In this document: one piece after another, positions 12,159-25,724 of the stretch
Position numbering within the stretch: position 1 is the first letter of the stretch
Layout: each line of letters opens with the position of its first letter
The notes under the pieces: model-generated
Database searches by the model: none
Told to the model about the DNA's origin: nothing
The model's input: the letters and a program-made list of their open reading frames with translations, nothing else
Source of the DNA: Lepidodermella squamata
Taxonomy: Eukaryota > Animalia > Gastrotricha
Length of the DNA: 64,000 nt
NCBI GenBank assembly: GCA_047495785.1
Contig: JBLDXI010000010.1
Span: 1,922,001 to 1,986,000, forward strand
Reading direction: 5' to 3'
Program-made: the position numbers and the translations under genes

Positions 12159-13555
12159 ATGGATGGCGTGACGTCGAGGTCTTTCTCACGTCTTAACGGA
12201 TTGGGTCCTAGTAGCAATAAAGCGGCTTCGTTGATGTATAAGCCCAGAGAAACTATAGTAAGACGGACATGTGATTTCAGTTCGGAAAACGATATCTGCC
12301 AGGTAGCCGAATATCTGACTGGTCGTGCCATCGAACATCTCATCGAAAAGTTCAAACGCAAGGAATTCGTGTCCAATCATGAAAGTAGGCGCAATGCCAT
12401 ATATTTGAGCTTGCTTATGGTCTCTCGACGATTAATCGCGCTGTCACATTGCTATTTTTCATAAAGAAAATTCATCATAAGCCACCGCTTGCCATGGCAA
12501 ATTGCAACATCTTTATCCCGAAGATGTTGCTAGAGGCTTTCGACGAGAGACGAGAATGGTGACGAGTCTAGCAATGCCTTTATTCCGTGACCTGATCTCA
12601 TTGAGCCGAGATCAAATAATGGATACTGCAAAGGGCCAAAATTGTTGTCGAAGGTTGAGCGTTGTGAAGTGCTCGGAGTCGCTGACGCTGGAGACGAAGG
12701 CCGTATTCGCGAAGGAGGCAGCAAGCCACCCGCCGAACTTGCTCCTTTGCTTTTGCGCGGCATTTTTTAAATTATTATGAGATACTTATTATACGTGAAT
12801 TTTATAATTGTTTAACGATTTTAGAATATTAGCCTACTGTTACATGTGAAGACCTGCGTTGCGCAAGACGCGTCTCCAGGCAAATCAGCTGATCGAGGAA
12901 TTTTCGAGAACCGGGCCAGAATTTAAGCAACAGCGGACCAACACGTTTCGTTACTCTCTCCTGAAGGTACGCTATTTGTCCACGGCGCTTGGCAATCAGT
13001 TATCACAAGCCATTGTCATGCCTTATGATGCAAAAAGTCGGGCCCACTGTAAATGATCATTTTTCACAATGGATATGTTATCTGTTGTTTAGTTGTATCA
13101 ATATATGCAAGCTGCTTTCAAACTTCTTACTTCAAAAATGTGAAAATTGCATGTTTTAGCCATGTTTTATTGTTTGCAAGTTTAGTGTATTTCTGTTTGT
13201 CGTTCTGCTCACACTTATCTTTGTGTTTTTTACTCTTTTCGAAATTAAAATAACCGGTAGCAGGTTGAGTGAGCGCACAACTCTTTTGTTTAGATTACAC
13301 TAATAATTAATGTTGAAAATGTCAACTGAAATTCAACCACTGGAGCGCGGACTGGCGTTTGCATCGTTTGACATGGGCAGCAGCCCAATTTTTTCGCAAA
13401 GTCACGATGAGGCATTCCGCGAAATGGAACGCCAGTTTGACGCAAATGAAGCAAACTTCAAGAAATATATATCCAGCGTTAAGACAAGCTCGAACAACTA
13501 TGCTCTGAGGAGCAAGGATAAGCCGAAGGAACTGGAATATTCACGGAACAAATGA
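12159..13555 (+). CDS. Possible multi-exon gene of unknown function (exon structure unresolved)
   Basis: A series of coding-like + strand ORFs (12132-12464, 12502-12780, 12859-13056, 13310-13555) separated by short AT-rich gaps with GT/AG sites, and AATAAA near 13695. No recognisable domain. Confidence 0.3.
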
Positions 13556-14527
13556 CTTCACGAAACTTAGCATATTTTGCCACTCGTTGCCTGAATGGTT
13601 TTCTATACCTAAAACTTGATAATGTTTACGTCGATCTAATTTTAGCTTTGAGCTTTGTTGTGAATGTGGTCGATGCATAATATTATTTTACTCGAATAAA
13701 ACGCTCCGCTTTTTTGAATTTCCGAATTTTTATTCAAATTTGTTCTCTTCTTCTAAAGCCTACGTTTGGTCCACGTAGTTCAAAGATATTTAGATATATT
13801 TACCGCAGTGAAATGTATCAGATACGTATTATCATTTCAATATAGACGCATCAAAATATGAATATGAAAACAAGTTAAACGCGATATGTATAGTGAATTG
13901 TAGTATTGTATCATCACGTTTCATACAGAAGAATTATAATAATATAGACGCATCGATGTGTGCCGCAAAGTTGAGTGAAACAGCTGCACAAGAGCAGTTT
14001 GAAGGAAACGAATGATTTCAAGTTTTCGATGTTAGTAGCTGAACAACAGAACAAGGACAGAAGGAGAGAAAGATATGCACATTAAATTATTGATCATTTT
14101 TCTCAAAAAAAATTCGGGCAGCAGTTGGGCGTCCGCAAAAATAACAGAAAAAACCAAGATTTTATTCAACGCGTGTTACGTAACAATCAAAAATCCATCG
14201 GGCGTTGAGTGGCCTATTTTTATCAATACAAAATGAGCACGTTTATTTGCGAAATATCATCGTCAGCCGAAGAAAAACCCAAAACAAAAACTACCAAGGA
14301 GGAAAAAACCAGGATAAAATTGCCACTGTTTTCACAACTGATTTTCGAGGAAGATGGTATTTATCTATCGCTTTTATTATTATCATTATTACCAATCTTA
14401 TGTTTCACCTTTCAGTATATTTATAAGCTGTGTTTAATTTTAGTCGTTCAGCCAATGATGATGATAAAAGACACGGGTTTCAAGTTAAGATTAATTATAA
14501 TTGTTTATTTATTCAATAATATCCAAA

Positions 14528-17500
14528 TCACCGAAGACCTTTTGAAGAGCGGTCGTACTGGAGTTTTGAGGAAGATAAACTGGGCTGAGGAACTCTGCGT
14601 AAAACAAATAGAAATTTCGTTTAAATAAAATAGTGAAAATTAAAACGCATACCTTGGATCACGCGGCCGGTTGTCGCGGCTGGACGATGTGGAAAGAGCT
14701 TGGCCAGAATTACTCGCCGGTTTGCTGCTATTGCCATAGCTGCTAGACGAGTGCTGCGACCGGCCCCACGAAGACGCGGCCGAATCGCCCCGATCCGAGC
14801 TGTCCAACATCGACACGCGAGTCATGGATGAGTTTGAATTATTGCTGTGGTTGGAAGGCGCGACGGACGACCATCGGCTCTCGCGGCCTTCTCGACTGCG
14901 ACCTTCTTCGCGAGTCGACGAGCCGGAATGGCCTGATGAGCTTACCGGGGCGGGCCGATGAGTTGTAGTGGTCGGCCGCTGATTCCATCTGAAAGGATAA
15001 AAACGAAAATTATCAATAAATTGCAAAAATTTCTGAAATTAAATTTTAATAATTTCTTCAACACATTTAAACAGCTTTGAAAAAACATAGATTTACCCTT
15101 TACTGCTGCTGTCAGATTCGAGGGCAAGTGGGCTTTGGAAAGATGACCCACCACCACTACTGCTTCCAGCCGGTGGATGGTGATGATGATGGTGATGGCC
15201 CGAGGAGGAATGCTGCTGCTGTTGTTGCTGAGGCTGCGGTGGGTGATGGTGATTATGCGACGATGTTGAAGACGAGTGGTTGTTGCTGCTGCTGTTATTG
15301 TTCCCGCTGTTATTCGCATGGTGAGAGGCATTAGCAGTCGCAGTAGGCGCCACGTTCGAATTCGACCGCGAGGCGCTTGCTGAGGTAGTTGAGGCCAGCG
15401 GGTCCTTGTTCGCCACCGCCAGTTTCGAATCGCGCCGGGGTGGGCCGACTGCGGCTCGAGGCGAGGCGAGGTGAGGCGACGGGTTCGGTGCGCTTTTCGG
15501 TTGCGGCGTGTGTTTTCGCGTTTTCGCCGATTTGTACATTTTGTACAGGCGGCCGGCTGAGGTGGTTGAGAAAATGGCGACGAACCGCCACAGCTCCTTC
15601 TTCCATTTCCGGATGTCCTCCTCGCCTTCGTCTTCCAACGTTCGCGTGCACTGGCCAATGTAGTTACCCACCTTTCACAAAAATAGAATGAAAATAAAAA
15701 TCAAGCTGAGGAATTTCTAAAAATAAAAAATTCCGCAGATATCGATGAACGCGATTTGACCCAATTATGGCCGAAATTCAATTTTTTTCAATTTTGCTGA
15801 TTTGACCCAATTATGGCCGAAATTCAATTTTTCAATTTTGCTATCTAGGTGGATAAAAGCATGCACATGACGATCAAATGTCAAATATAATCAAGTTGAG
15901 ATGCAGCTACTACAGGAAATTTGAAAAATTCAGATAAAATCGTCCTTCACCTTTGATTCGAAACCGCTTTGAAAATTGCCGAGAAATGAAAAATAAAAAA
16001 GTGAAGAAATGAATTTCTGCGAAAATTATTCCATAAAATTTACAGGTCGGAATTTTTGTTGTAGGAATCACAAAATTTGGGAATTATGGCATTTATCGAA
16101 TTAAGGCTGAGAATTTTTCGAAAATTTTTCGAACTAATCGCTTAAAACTAAATCACAGCGATATTTCGGGAACATAGTTGCCAATATTTGAAGCGATACT
16201 ACTTTATCAAGCATCTATCTAGGAATTTCTACCATCAAAGTTGAATTCGGCTCATAGAAAAAATCAGATAAATCTCACCTGTACGAGATCGTCAGAAAAT
16301 TCCGCCGATAATTCAACCGAGTTGGGTCGGCTCTCGTCCGAGTTCGTAATTTCACCCTCCTCGCGGTTCGGCTTCGGCCGCGACGCCTCGCGCTTCTTCT
16401 CCGCTTCCTGGATGCGCAACAACGCCTTTTTCATCGGCTTCAACAACGAGCGGCATTTTTCATACACCTCCGGGTCGATTTCATCACTCGACCCGCCCGA
16501 CGCGGTGTCGCCGCTGTTCGAATTCTCGTTCTTATTCACGACTTTCGAACTAGATTTCCGCGATACGGTGTTTTTCCGGTCATTGACAGAGCTAGTCCTC
16601 GGCTGTTTCGCCTTTGTCGACGATTTCGAAGCTTTATTCTCCGCACTTTTCAGTTTATTCGACTGATTCGAGCCGGGCGGTTGATTTTGCGCGGATTTAC
16701 GAGGTTTCGCCGCCGGTTTATCACCACCGGTCGCTGTCTTAACCGCCGCGATTTTATTCATCAAAAAATCGAACCGGGTGTGTAAATCCCTGGCATTTGG
16801 CCGGCCGCCGTGGGGTGGCAAGATTTTACTCTTCAGGCCGAGATCTGCGTCCATTCTGAGTTGTTCCCACGCACCGAGGCCGTAATCAGCCACGCCGCGG
16901 AGTAACGCCCTGTCATCAGCCGGGGTCCATTCAGGGGCGGCCGGGGCGGCGGTGGTTTGGTCCTCTCCGATCGATTTCAGAACGGCTTTCGCCGCCCAGC
17001 GAGGTGCTTTGAACGTTCGATCATCGATTTTCGCGAGAAGTTTGTCGATGCTGGCGAGGGGTTGCAGTGCTTTGAGTGAATTGAGCAATTTCGTCGCGTT
17101 AATACTGATTGGTCCGACTTTTACCTGAATGAAATAGAGTGGAAAAAAAATTGAAAAGAGGTAACACAAATTTGGTATATTTCATAATAATATTGTAATA
17201 TTATTTCATACAAATTTCGAAAATATTTCAAATTGAAAAAACGCGAAAATCTTTGAAAAAATAAGTAGTTAGTTTTTCAATTAATTCAATTAAACTGAGA
17301 ATTCCAGATGAAATCGATTTTGCACAAAATTCTACAAATTAATAAATTTTTAAATTACAAGAAAATGCTTGCTATTTTAGGATTTTTAGGATCTGTTATT
17401 CAAAATCAATCAATTTCTAAAAATTCTATAAATCCTACAGATGGATAGGATGCCAATTGGCGTGTTCCAAATATGATAAAATGTCTAGGCTCTTCGAAAA

Positions 17501-20500
17501 ACCAAGAATACTGAAATTTCCGAAAAAAATCAATTGCATCCCTGAAACAAATCGCCTTGGATCCAAGCCAAATATATTTTTCTAAATTTCGTAATATTGG
17601 AGGTTTAAAATCATGGTTCTATCTTTATATAAAATCCACAAGTGAAAAGGAGAACATCAGCTATTCATTTGATTTTGCTTTTGAATTTTATGAAAAGAGT
17701 AAAAATCTGGCATTTAAATTCTAAAAACTGGCCACTAGGTTTATAGAATAGGACCAAGAAGGGGAATAGAAGGAATGTGGCTTCATCAAGTTAATTTGCG
17801 CGGATCATTTCACACAGAGCTCCTGATCTATAAAAGCGAAAAGCGAATACGAAACGAAAACTTACATGGCACTGTTGTTTATGAGATTTGATAACAACTG
17901 CTTGGTTCAGGTCAGCCTGCGGTTCAGTTTCCGCCTTCTCAATCGCCTCCTGGCAATTCCTCAGAATCTGCCCGCAAACTTCGCCGATGGCCCGAGACGA
18001 CTTATCCTCGAGGCGCGCTTCACTCGATATCGCATCCAACCGGTTCATCGGGTCGGGAAAGTGGTGTAGCGCCCGGACGAGCCGTTTCAACTCGGCCGAG
18101 GTGAAGCCCATGAAGCGAGAGCCGGCGCCGCGATGTCGACCGCGTTTTCGGCTCTCCTCCTCGCTCTCATCGTCCGCTTCCTCTTCTTCTTCCTCTTCGT
18201 CGGAATCACCTCGCTCAGATGACGCACCACTTCCAGCATCTTTCGCTTTTTTATCCTAAATATAGAAAAGGAATTATTATTTTCATTTTATTTTCATCTC
18301 TCGGGTTATTATTTTAGAATTAATTAAGGAATTTTCAAAAGTAGGTACTTTACCCAAATTTCAAACAGCGAAGTAAAAACTATCACGCCATTTTAATAAT
18401 TACCCCAATTTTAAAACAAAAATGTGGTGTTTCGAGTCATATTTAATGAAATTTAGCGCGAGCAATTTTTCGTGCTGCTATAAAGAGCGCTCTTAAACTT
18501 GAGTACTCATGTGTCGTTTTATTGTTTGTTTTCGTGTACTTGATTAATTGAATATAAACGTGGCCTGCCATCACATTAACTAGGCATAAGAATAGGTTAA
18601 TGGCAGATGGCCGGCGCTTAGTTACGTTTAAGAGACTATGAAAACGAGTATTTATTTCGAGTGTTAAAGTTGAAACCTCTTCAGCTAAGGAGCAACATGA
18701 AAAAAACTAAGAAATTTATAAAAAATTTAAGATTGCGCCCTTCAGCTACTTCAGTGGGTTATTTTCGGGCTATTTTCATGTTCCGGTCGAATTTTGAGGT
18801 ATTATATTTGACGTCTATAAGCAACACAAGGTACTAAAGTTCCGACGGTTTTGATTGGAAATGAACTTCTACGCATCCGGTCAACTACTGGCTCCTCATG
18901 CGATTCAACTTTTTAATATTCTCTGAATTTGAATCGACATTGTTCCATACAAAAAAATCGAAAAATCCATTGAAAAATCGTGATTAGTGAGATGCCATTG
19001 CAGAGTATGTAAGAAAGGCTATACGAAATTGCTAGCTGTTTCAGTATTGATCACAGAGCAGCAGTCGTGAACCACTAAACTTGCACGAGAAATAGGGACT
19101 TCCAAAATTTCCAACTTCAACTTAAAACCCAGCAATGTCAAATAGAACATCTCTAGCATTTCCTTCAATAGGCTACCCAGCAGTATCCCACTTATGGGGT
19201 TGTTCCATGTGCCCCCTATATTTGGGTCGAAATGTTGTCGGTTTCGCAAATCGCAAATATTCTGAACGCATTAACCCTGAAGATTATTCAAACATAAAGT
19301 CGGAAATTTCGTATAAAAACCGTTTTAAATTTTACCAATCGAATCTACATTAAATTAAATGGCGAGTCGGGAATTTGCTCGTTTCTTACTTCTGGAAAAT
19401 GGACTTGAGAACTTAAGCTGACTTGTCAACAGAAATTGTGATGAATGATGGAAAAATTATGAAGCCTTCGAAAATGTGGCAGACATGAGGCTTATTGTGA
19501 GATCATTAGGCGAATTATTGTTGCGCAACACTGATGAGCTGCAAAATTTGCATTGCGCCAAAAAATAGTGTATTATTTCCAAACGCGAGGAAAAATCGAA
19601 TAATTTGATCATCAAAACTAACACGGGTCGCCTTTCAAATAAGTTTTTATTTAGGAATTTTTCTTGAAAACATGTGAAAATTGCATGGAAAATGAGTCTC
19701 ACCCGAGTTGATTTGTAAGTATCCTGAGCATCCATCGCATCGTGCAAATCAGCGTCATCCTGCGCGAATTTACTGTCATACTCGTCGAGGACGCGCCGCC
19801 GAATGTGCTCGGGCATGATTTCCTCCCAATCCGGGCCCTGGTTCACCTCGCCCGGCGACGGCTTTTTCGCCTCCAAATCGCCCAATTCGTCGTCTTGATT
19901 CAACTCGCGCAGAGTTATCACTCGGAATTGAGCTAGAAACTCCTCGTGGGCTGGTATCAACGGGTTCTGGTTGTTAACCTGAGACGCGGACTCAGCCTCG
20001 GCCGACTGAAGGATTTCATCGACGTTGACAACAAGCTCCGCCCCCTCCGGATTGTCGCCCGGCCCGCCGTTATTATTGTTATCATTCGATTTTTCATCAG
20101 GGTTATCAGAGCCCGATTTCTGGAACAACTCAGCAGCTCCGAATTTGAGCAATGCGGTAAGTTCTTCGTGGGTGAAAGCAGACGCGCCACCTGTTGCGCC
20201 CCGCCCACCCCCGGCCAGCACGGTTCGACCCGACGCGTCCATTCGCTGAATGACCAAATGATCGAGAACCATTTTCTTCTTACACTGCTCCAAAATGTGT
20301 TCTTCGACCGAAAATTGCGTCACGAGGCGATAGACTGAGACCTGGTTCTTTTGGCCAATACGATGCGCCCTGGCCGCGGCCTGCAGATCGTTCTGCGGGT
20401 TCCAGTCCGAGTCGTAGATTACCACAGTATCAGCCGTGCAGAGATTGAGCCCTAGACCGCCGGCTCGGGTTGATAGCAGGAACGCGAAATCAGTCGAACC

Positions 20501-23500
20501 GGGTGCGTTGAAGTGGTCGAGCGATTGCCGCCGCGCGACAGCGCTTGTTTGGCCGTCGAGGCGCTGGAACGGGAAGCGACGCCAGCGGAGATAGTCGCCG
20601 AGCACGTCGAGCATTCGCACCATTTGCGAGAATATGAGCACGCGGTGGCCGCCGGCTTTCAACCGGTGCAGCAGCTTGTCGAGAAGCATCAATTTACCGG
20701 AACCCCTGCAATAATAACATTGAAAAATTAGTTTAATTTGTCTCCGAAGCAGGACTTTCTATCAATTTAGCTCAGCTTACTATAAAAGAATTTCCAAAAC
20801 GGTTTTCGATGCACATCTTGAATCCAAGTAAAGAAAAAAGCCATATAAAGTGGCGGGACTAAAATTTAGGTTTAAGCTTCACATTTTGCGACTCATTATT
20901 CATTATTGAAGTCTTTCAAGCCCGCTTTGAGTTCTAATTTTGACAACCAGGTATGGGGATGAATTTTCAACATTGGCTTGCATGACTGCTAATAGGTATC
21001 GGAAAAATCACTAATTAAAAAAAATCGATATGGGTTATGCTGGCTGAAGAATGATTCCTAAATGTTCGCTGATAGCGTACTAATGAGCTAAAATTCCGTT
21101 TATAATGAAAAAATGGAGGCCTTGAAGCAGACCTGAAAATGTGTGGAAACTCAATGCCGGAACCCTAAACTGGACCCCTTTGGCAAAAAATCGTTAATTA
21201 GGGACAAAAAAAATCAGATTAGCAAAAATTGATACAGGAAAAATGTCACTTCGCACAAAACATGGCACTCGCTTTCGTAAATGAAATGAGGCCTTTTAAA
21301 ACCAAAAATGAGTAATTGAGCAATAATTGAAAGAAATTCGGCCCTTCTGTTATAACAATGACTTCAGCCAATTTTGAAAAAATCTTACTTTATAAACAAT
21401 AAATGATTAAACACTGAGAATTCAGGAGGAGAAATCTCGTGGTATCGGATTAAATGCTATTTCTTCAACTTTTTGTTGTCGAAACATAATTTCGAAGTTT
21501 TTCTAAAATGAAAATATTCGAATATGGATAGATAGAAAACTAGCTACCTGAGCAATGCGGCAAGTCTCGGGGTGATTAACGCTTCGTTTTCGCCCAAACT
21601 CGGGTCCAACACGTCCTGTTGGCCCGTGTAGTCGATATCAGGCTTGATAATGAGATCGCAGTGGTTGCAGCACTTTTTCAGCTCCATAACAACGTTGATG
21701 AGACTGCCGCTGAATGTCCCACCGGCTGTTGCGGATCGCGTCAGTTCGGCGTAATTTCTCGCCAAAAGCCATTGGTAAATCTGCTTCTGGCGTTGCGTCA
21801 TCGGAACTCGCAAAATTCGTTCGATTTTCGCCGGCAGCTCCTTTTCAACAACACGCTTCGTTCGTCTAGACAAAAAAAACCAAAAAATTAAGAATTATTG
21901 GATTCGACGCAATTATTTGATCAAAATTCAAGAATTTTCAATCGCTGGCTAAATTTCAAAAATATTTTATAGTTCTATCGAATAATTCAATAGGATGAAA
22001 TGAATTTTGAGAAAATCGATAAAAATATACATTTTCAATTTAAGAAATACAATTTCTTACCTAAGAATGAAAGGCACAAGTTCTTGATGAAGGCCCTGAA
22101 GCGGGACCGCTCCGCCCCGTTGCGCTGCCGTACACCGTTCTTCAAAGGCCGACCAGTCATCGAAGTGTTCCGGATTCGCGAAATGCAACAACGCCCAAAG
22201 TTCTTTCAGCGTATTCTGCAACGGCGTGCCAGTGACCAAAATTCGGTACTCTGTCGGAAAATTCGGCGGCTGTAGCGTCCGATACAGCAGTGAATCGTCG
22301 TTTTTCAACCGATGCGCTTCATCGACGACGAGCGCGGCCCAGTCAACGGAGCCGAGGAAAGACTTGTCGCGTAAAACGATTTCGTACGTAGTTATCAACA
22401 CGTTGAACTTCAAATGCCGCCGATCAGGGTGCCACCATTCGTACTCGCGAATCATTTGGCGCGATTGAGCGTCGCCCAAATACGTCACGGTATACATTTC
22501 AGGGCACCATATCGCAAATTCTCGTTGCCAGCCGACGACAGTTGACAGCGGGATAACAACCAAGAACGGTCCGGTAATATTATGCTCATGGTAGAGGACT
22601 GAGAGGAAAGTCGCGATTTCAACAGTTTTACCCAACCCCATTTCATCGGCTAGAACGACTGAGCGAGACGAGACCCAGGATCGATGCAAAAAGTTGATAC
22701 CTGCCAGTTGGTAAGACCGTAATTGCAAGGCAGGCCCGTCGGCGTTCGCCTCCATTCTACCGATGTAATCCGGCTGATTTTGGAGTATCATTTTATCGCG
22801 TCTCGAACCTTGCCTCGCCGCTTTGACCTTTGGACCCGCGCCCTTCGGAGTCGGCCATAGCGTCACCTTTCGATTAGTATGAAGGTGCCGATATTGCTCG
22901 AGGAGAGGTGTGAATCGCTTTTTTATCAGCGCCGAGTCTTCCCAGGTACACTCACTGTAGGGTAGACACTTCCATTTACACAACAAATCACCTGAATCTT
23001 CATTTTCAGCAATAATCCTCTCGAGTTGGCAGTATTCACTCAGAAGTTGCGACTCCATTTCGTCCTGAACATTATACCACTCCTCCTCATCACGACCGCC
23101 TTTCCGCTTAGCTCTGGCTTGTTCCTTCAGCTTCTTCTTGTAATTTTCGAGTTTCTTCAACCCAGCCACACCTTGATCAAACAACCCGTCTTCGGTTTCC
23201 CAGGTGTTATGCAGGTGAGACCAGCCGAGCCATTTGATAAGGTACTGGTCGACACCTTCTGACTTCTCAGCGTCGTAACTTGCATTTGGGTCTCCATTTT
23301 CTTCACAATTGTAGATGGTAGTTTTCGGCCCGGTCGCCTCAGGTAAGCCACGCCGGAAGCCTAGGACGCGGTCGATTGTTTCGACTTGAGCATTCCATGC
23401 CGCAGTTGCTTGCTCACCGGAATCGCTTGATTCGCTCAAACTCGATTCGCGGTAGTTGACTGTCGCATTGCGTTCACGCTGCCGACCTGGGCGACGTCGA

Positions 23501-24275
23501 CGATCTTCGTCGGAAGATTCGTCGGAGCTTCCCTCTGAAAAGGCTTTCTTGTAAGACACTTTCTTTTTCGAAGCCGCTTGACGACGGGTGGTACGACGGG
23601 CAGGCTTCTTGTTGCTCCATGAGGTGTTAGAAACATCGGAAGCTTCTGACTCAGATGCATCCGAACTCTTATCTTCATCACTGGAAGAACTAATTACACA
23701 AAAACGAATGAATGCAGTGAAATTGGGGCGAGGCATTCCTCACCTGAGATGCCGATGGGTACGCTTTTGCCCAGACTGTCGAGCAGCATTGCGACGCTTA
23801 CTAGGCTTTGGATCATCATCGGACGATTCCTAGACATGAGAGATGAGATGACAATAAATTATTTTATAATTGTAGAGTCCAAAGTTCATGGGACTGATTT
23901 GGGACAACAATGATGATGCATCAGATTCAAATGATTTTACAGCTTTATCAATAAATCGTGATTTGGTTCTAGTGCTGACGAATAATGAAAAGCAAGTATC
24001 AAGCTGCACTTACCGCGTCAACAGTATAACGTTCAACTTCTTGTCTGCGACGACCTGATCTGCGCAGTCCAAAAAGTTCAGGTTCTGATTTGGCGAGCTG
24101 TTAGGTATCAATAATAAAATACAGCACTTGATAACCACATTCAGAAATGCATTTCCAAAATCTGACCTCTTTTAATTCATCAGGAACGACGATCCCGGAT
24201 GCCCGCTTCGGGGCAGCAGCTCGCCTGGAATCATCATTTCCATCGGAATGGCTGTCTTCAGAGTCACCCACTCCA
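14528..24275 (-). CDS. CHD1: Chromodomain-helicase-DNA-binding protein 1/2 (about 12 exons; exact start codon unresolved)
   Basis: N-terminal LFGLRRSGR, double chromodomains ([32 protein letters not shown]), SNF2 ATPase ([53 protein letters not shown]), SANT-SLIDE ([22 protein letters not shown]) and the C-terminal CHCT region ([11 protein letters not shown]). Predicted last exon 14594-14528. Confidence 0.96.
15753..15842. repeat. Intronic tandem duplication, about 46 nt x2
   Basis: GATTTGACCCAATTATGGCCGAAATTCAA(T)nCAATTTTGCT starts at both 15753 and 15799. Confidence 0.9.
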
Positions 24276-25724
24276 GGCATAACAAATTAGTGAATAGGGA
24301 AAAAACGAACGCATACGAAAATACTCTAGCGAACAAGAGTACAATGTTATACAACAATTAAAGACAATGCAAAGTAAATATCGCCAAAAATAGGGCCAGC
24401 AAAAGAGAAACACGCGTTTCAATATTTTTGAACCGATGCCAAAATTTAGTAGTACACACCAGAAGCTGTACATTATCTCCACAAAAGGTTCCACAAATGC
24501 TTAACACTGAGAACATGACGAGTGACGCTATTTCTTATGCATAGCAATAAAAATGATGTCGCCAAACTTTGTATCAAATCGAGAATATTAATTGGCATCA
24601 GCTGTGGCAGATCCTTAGTCTTTATGTCCCACTCAGTAATCAAGTTAGCCAAGGCAATGTGCCACCAAGAACGAAAAGTAGGACAATTTCGGAGCGAATT
24701 GCCCTTTGTGAAAACATAAAAAAGTCTAAGTTTACAATCAGCAAACACAAACATGTCCTCAATTAAGAGCTAGAACCTCATGTCCCAGGATCAGGACACC
24801 TTCGAACTTCGCGAAAGCTTCAACTTCGTCGAACACCCGCATCGAAGTTTTCAAGCAACCGCGCGCACGACTTCGCAAAAACTCTTGCGGCGCAAAAAAT
24901 TAAAAGCATGGACTATTTGAAAATTTAAACAGTAAAAACAATTTTCGGTAATAAAACTGGTATTTCTATTTTATTTATTAATGCTTTCAAGAAAATAATT
25001 TTATTATTGCCGCAGTTTAATATTCTGGCAGATTTTCTCCAAGTTGCTTGCGAGGAACCTTTTTCGCTTGATTGCATTCGGTAAAGCCTGAGGAATTTAG
25101 GAATCAGACTGTTTGACTCTGATGGTTCTGTCATTTTGCCACGCTCATGCCAGCCTGGTTTTACAATTCATCAACGAATTTTCTTTTGCTCGAGTGCGAC
25201 CACCATCTTTGTGCCATTTCATTTTAAGTGTGCAATCTTCAAGTTGGAATTACTCTTCTCTATTTGCCAGCGATCCGCCATCCGTAATTTTAGCATTGTA
25301 GTTAATATTGGGTATCGGAACCAAAACCCAAACAACAAAGGGGTCAATATAAAACAAGCAGAACATAGTCATATCAGCATGAATCATGGAAGCTTTGCGG
25401 TTGGTATTAAGGCGTGCTCAAAGAACCTCGCGGCGGATGCTGTAAAAAAGGCAGCACAGCCCAAATTGTTTTTGTTTTCTGTCAAAGTGCAAGCCTTATG
25501 ACTTTATTTTTGATGATTGTGTAATTGCCGTCTAGCGAGGCTGAGTAGTCGATATTCTCGAACCGGTGACATCGAGAATACCTAATGAGCCATGTGGCAT
25601 TGTCACGCGACTTCTAAATAGCAATACAGGGATTGATATATTATTTTGTCATTCTGTTTTTAAATACTCTCATCGCTTTGAATTCCATACATAGGTTTAA
25701 AACTGAAATATTTATTTAGCCGAC

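Noticed and set aside
14942-15691. Several long overlapping and antisense ORFs
   Set aside because: By-products of the GC-rich low-complexity (His/Gln/Ser/Asn) CHD1 C-terminal exon.
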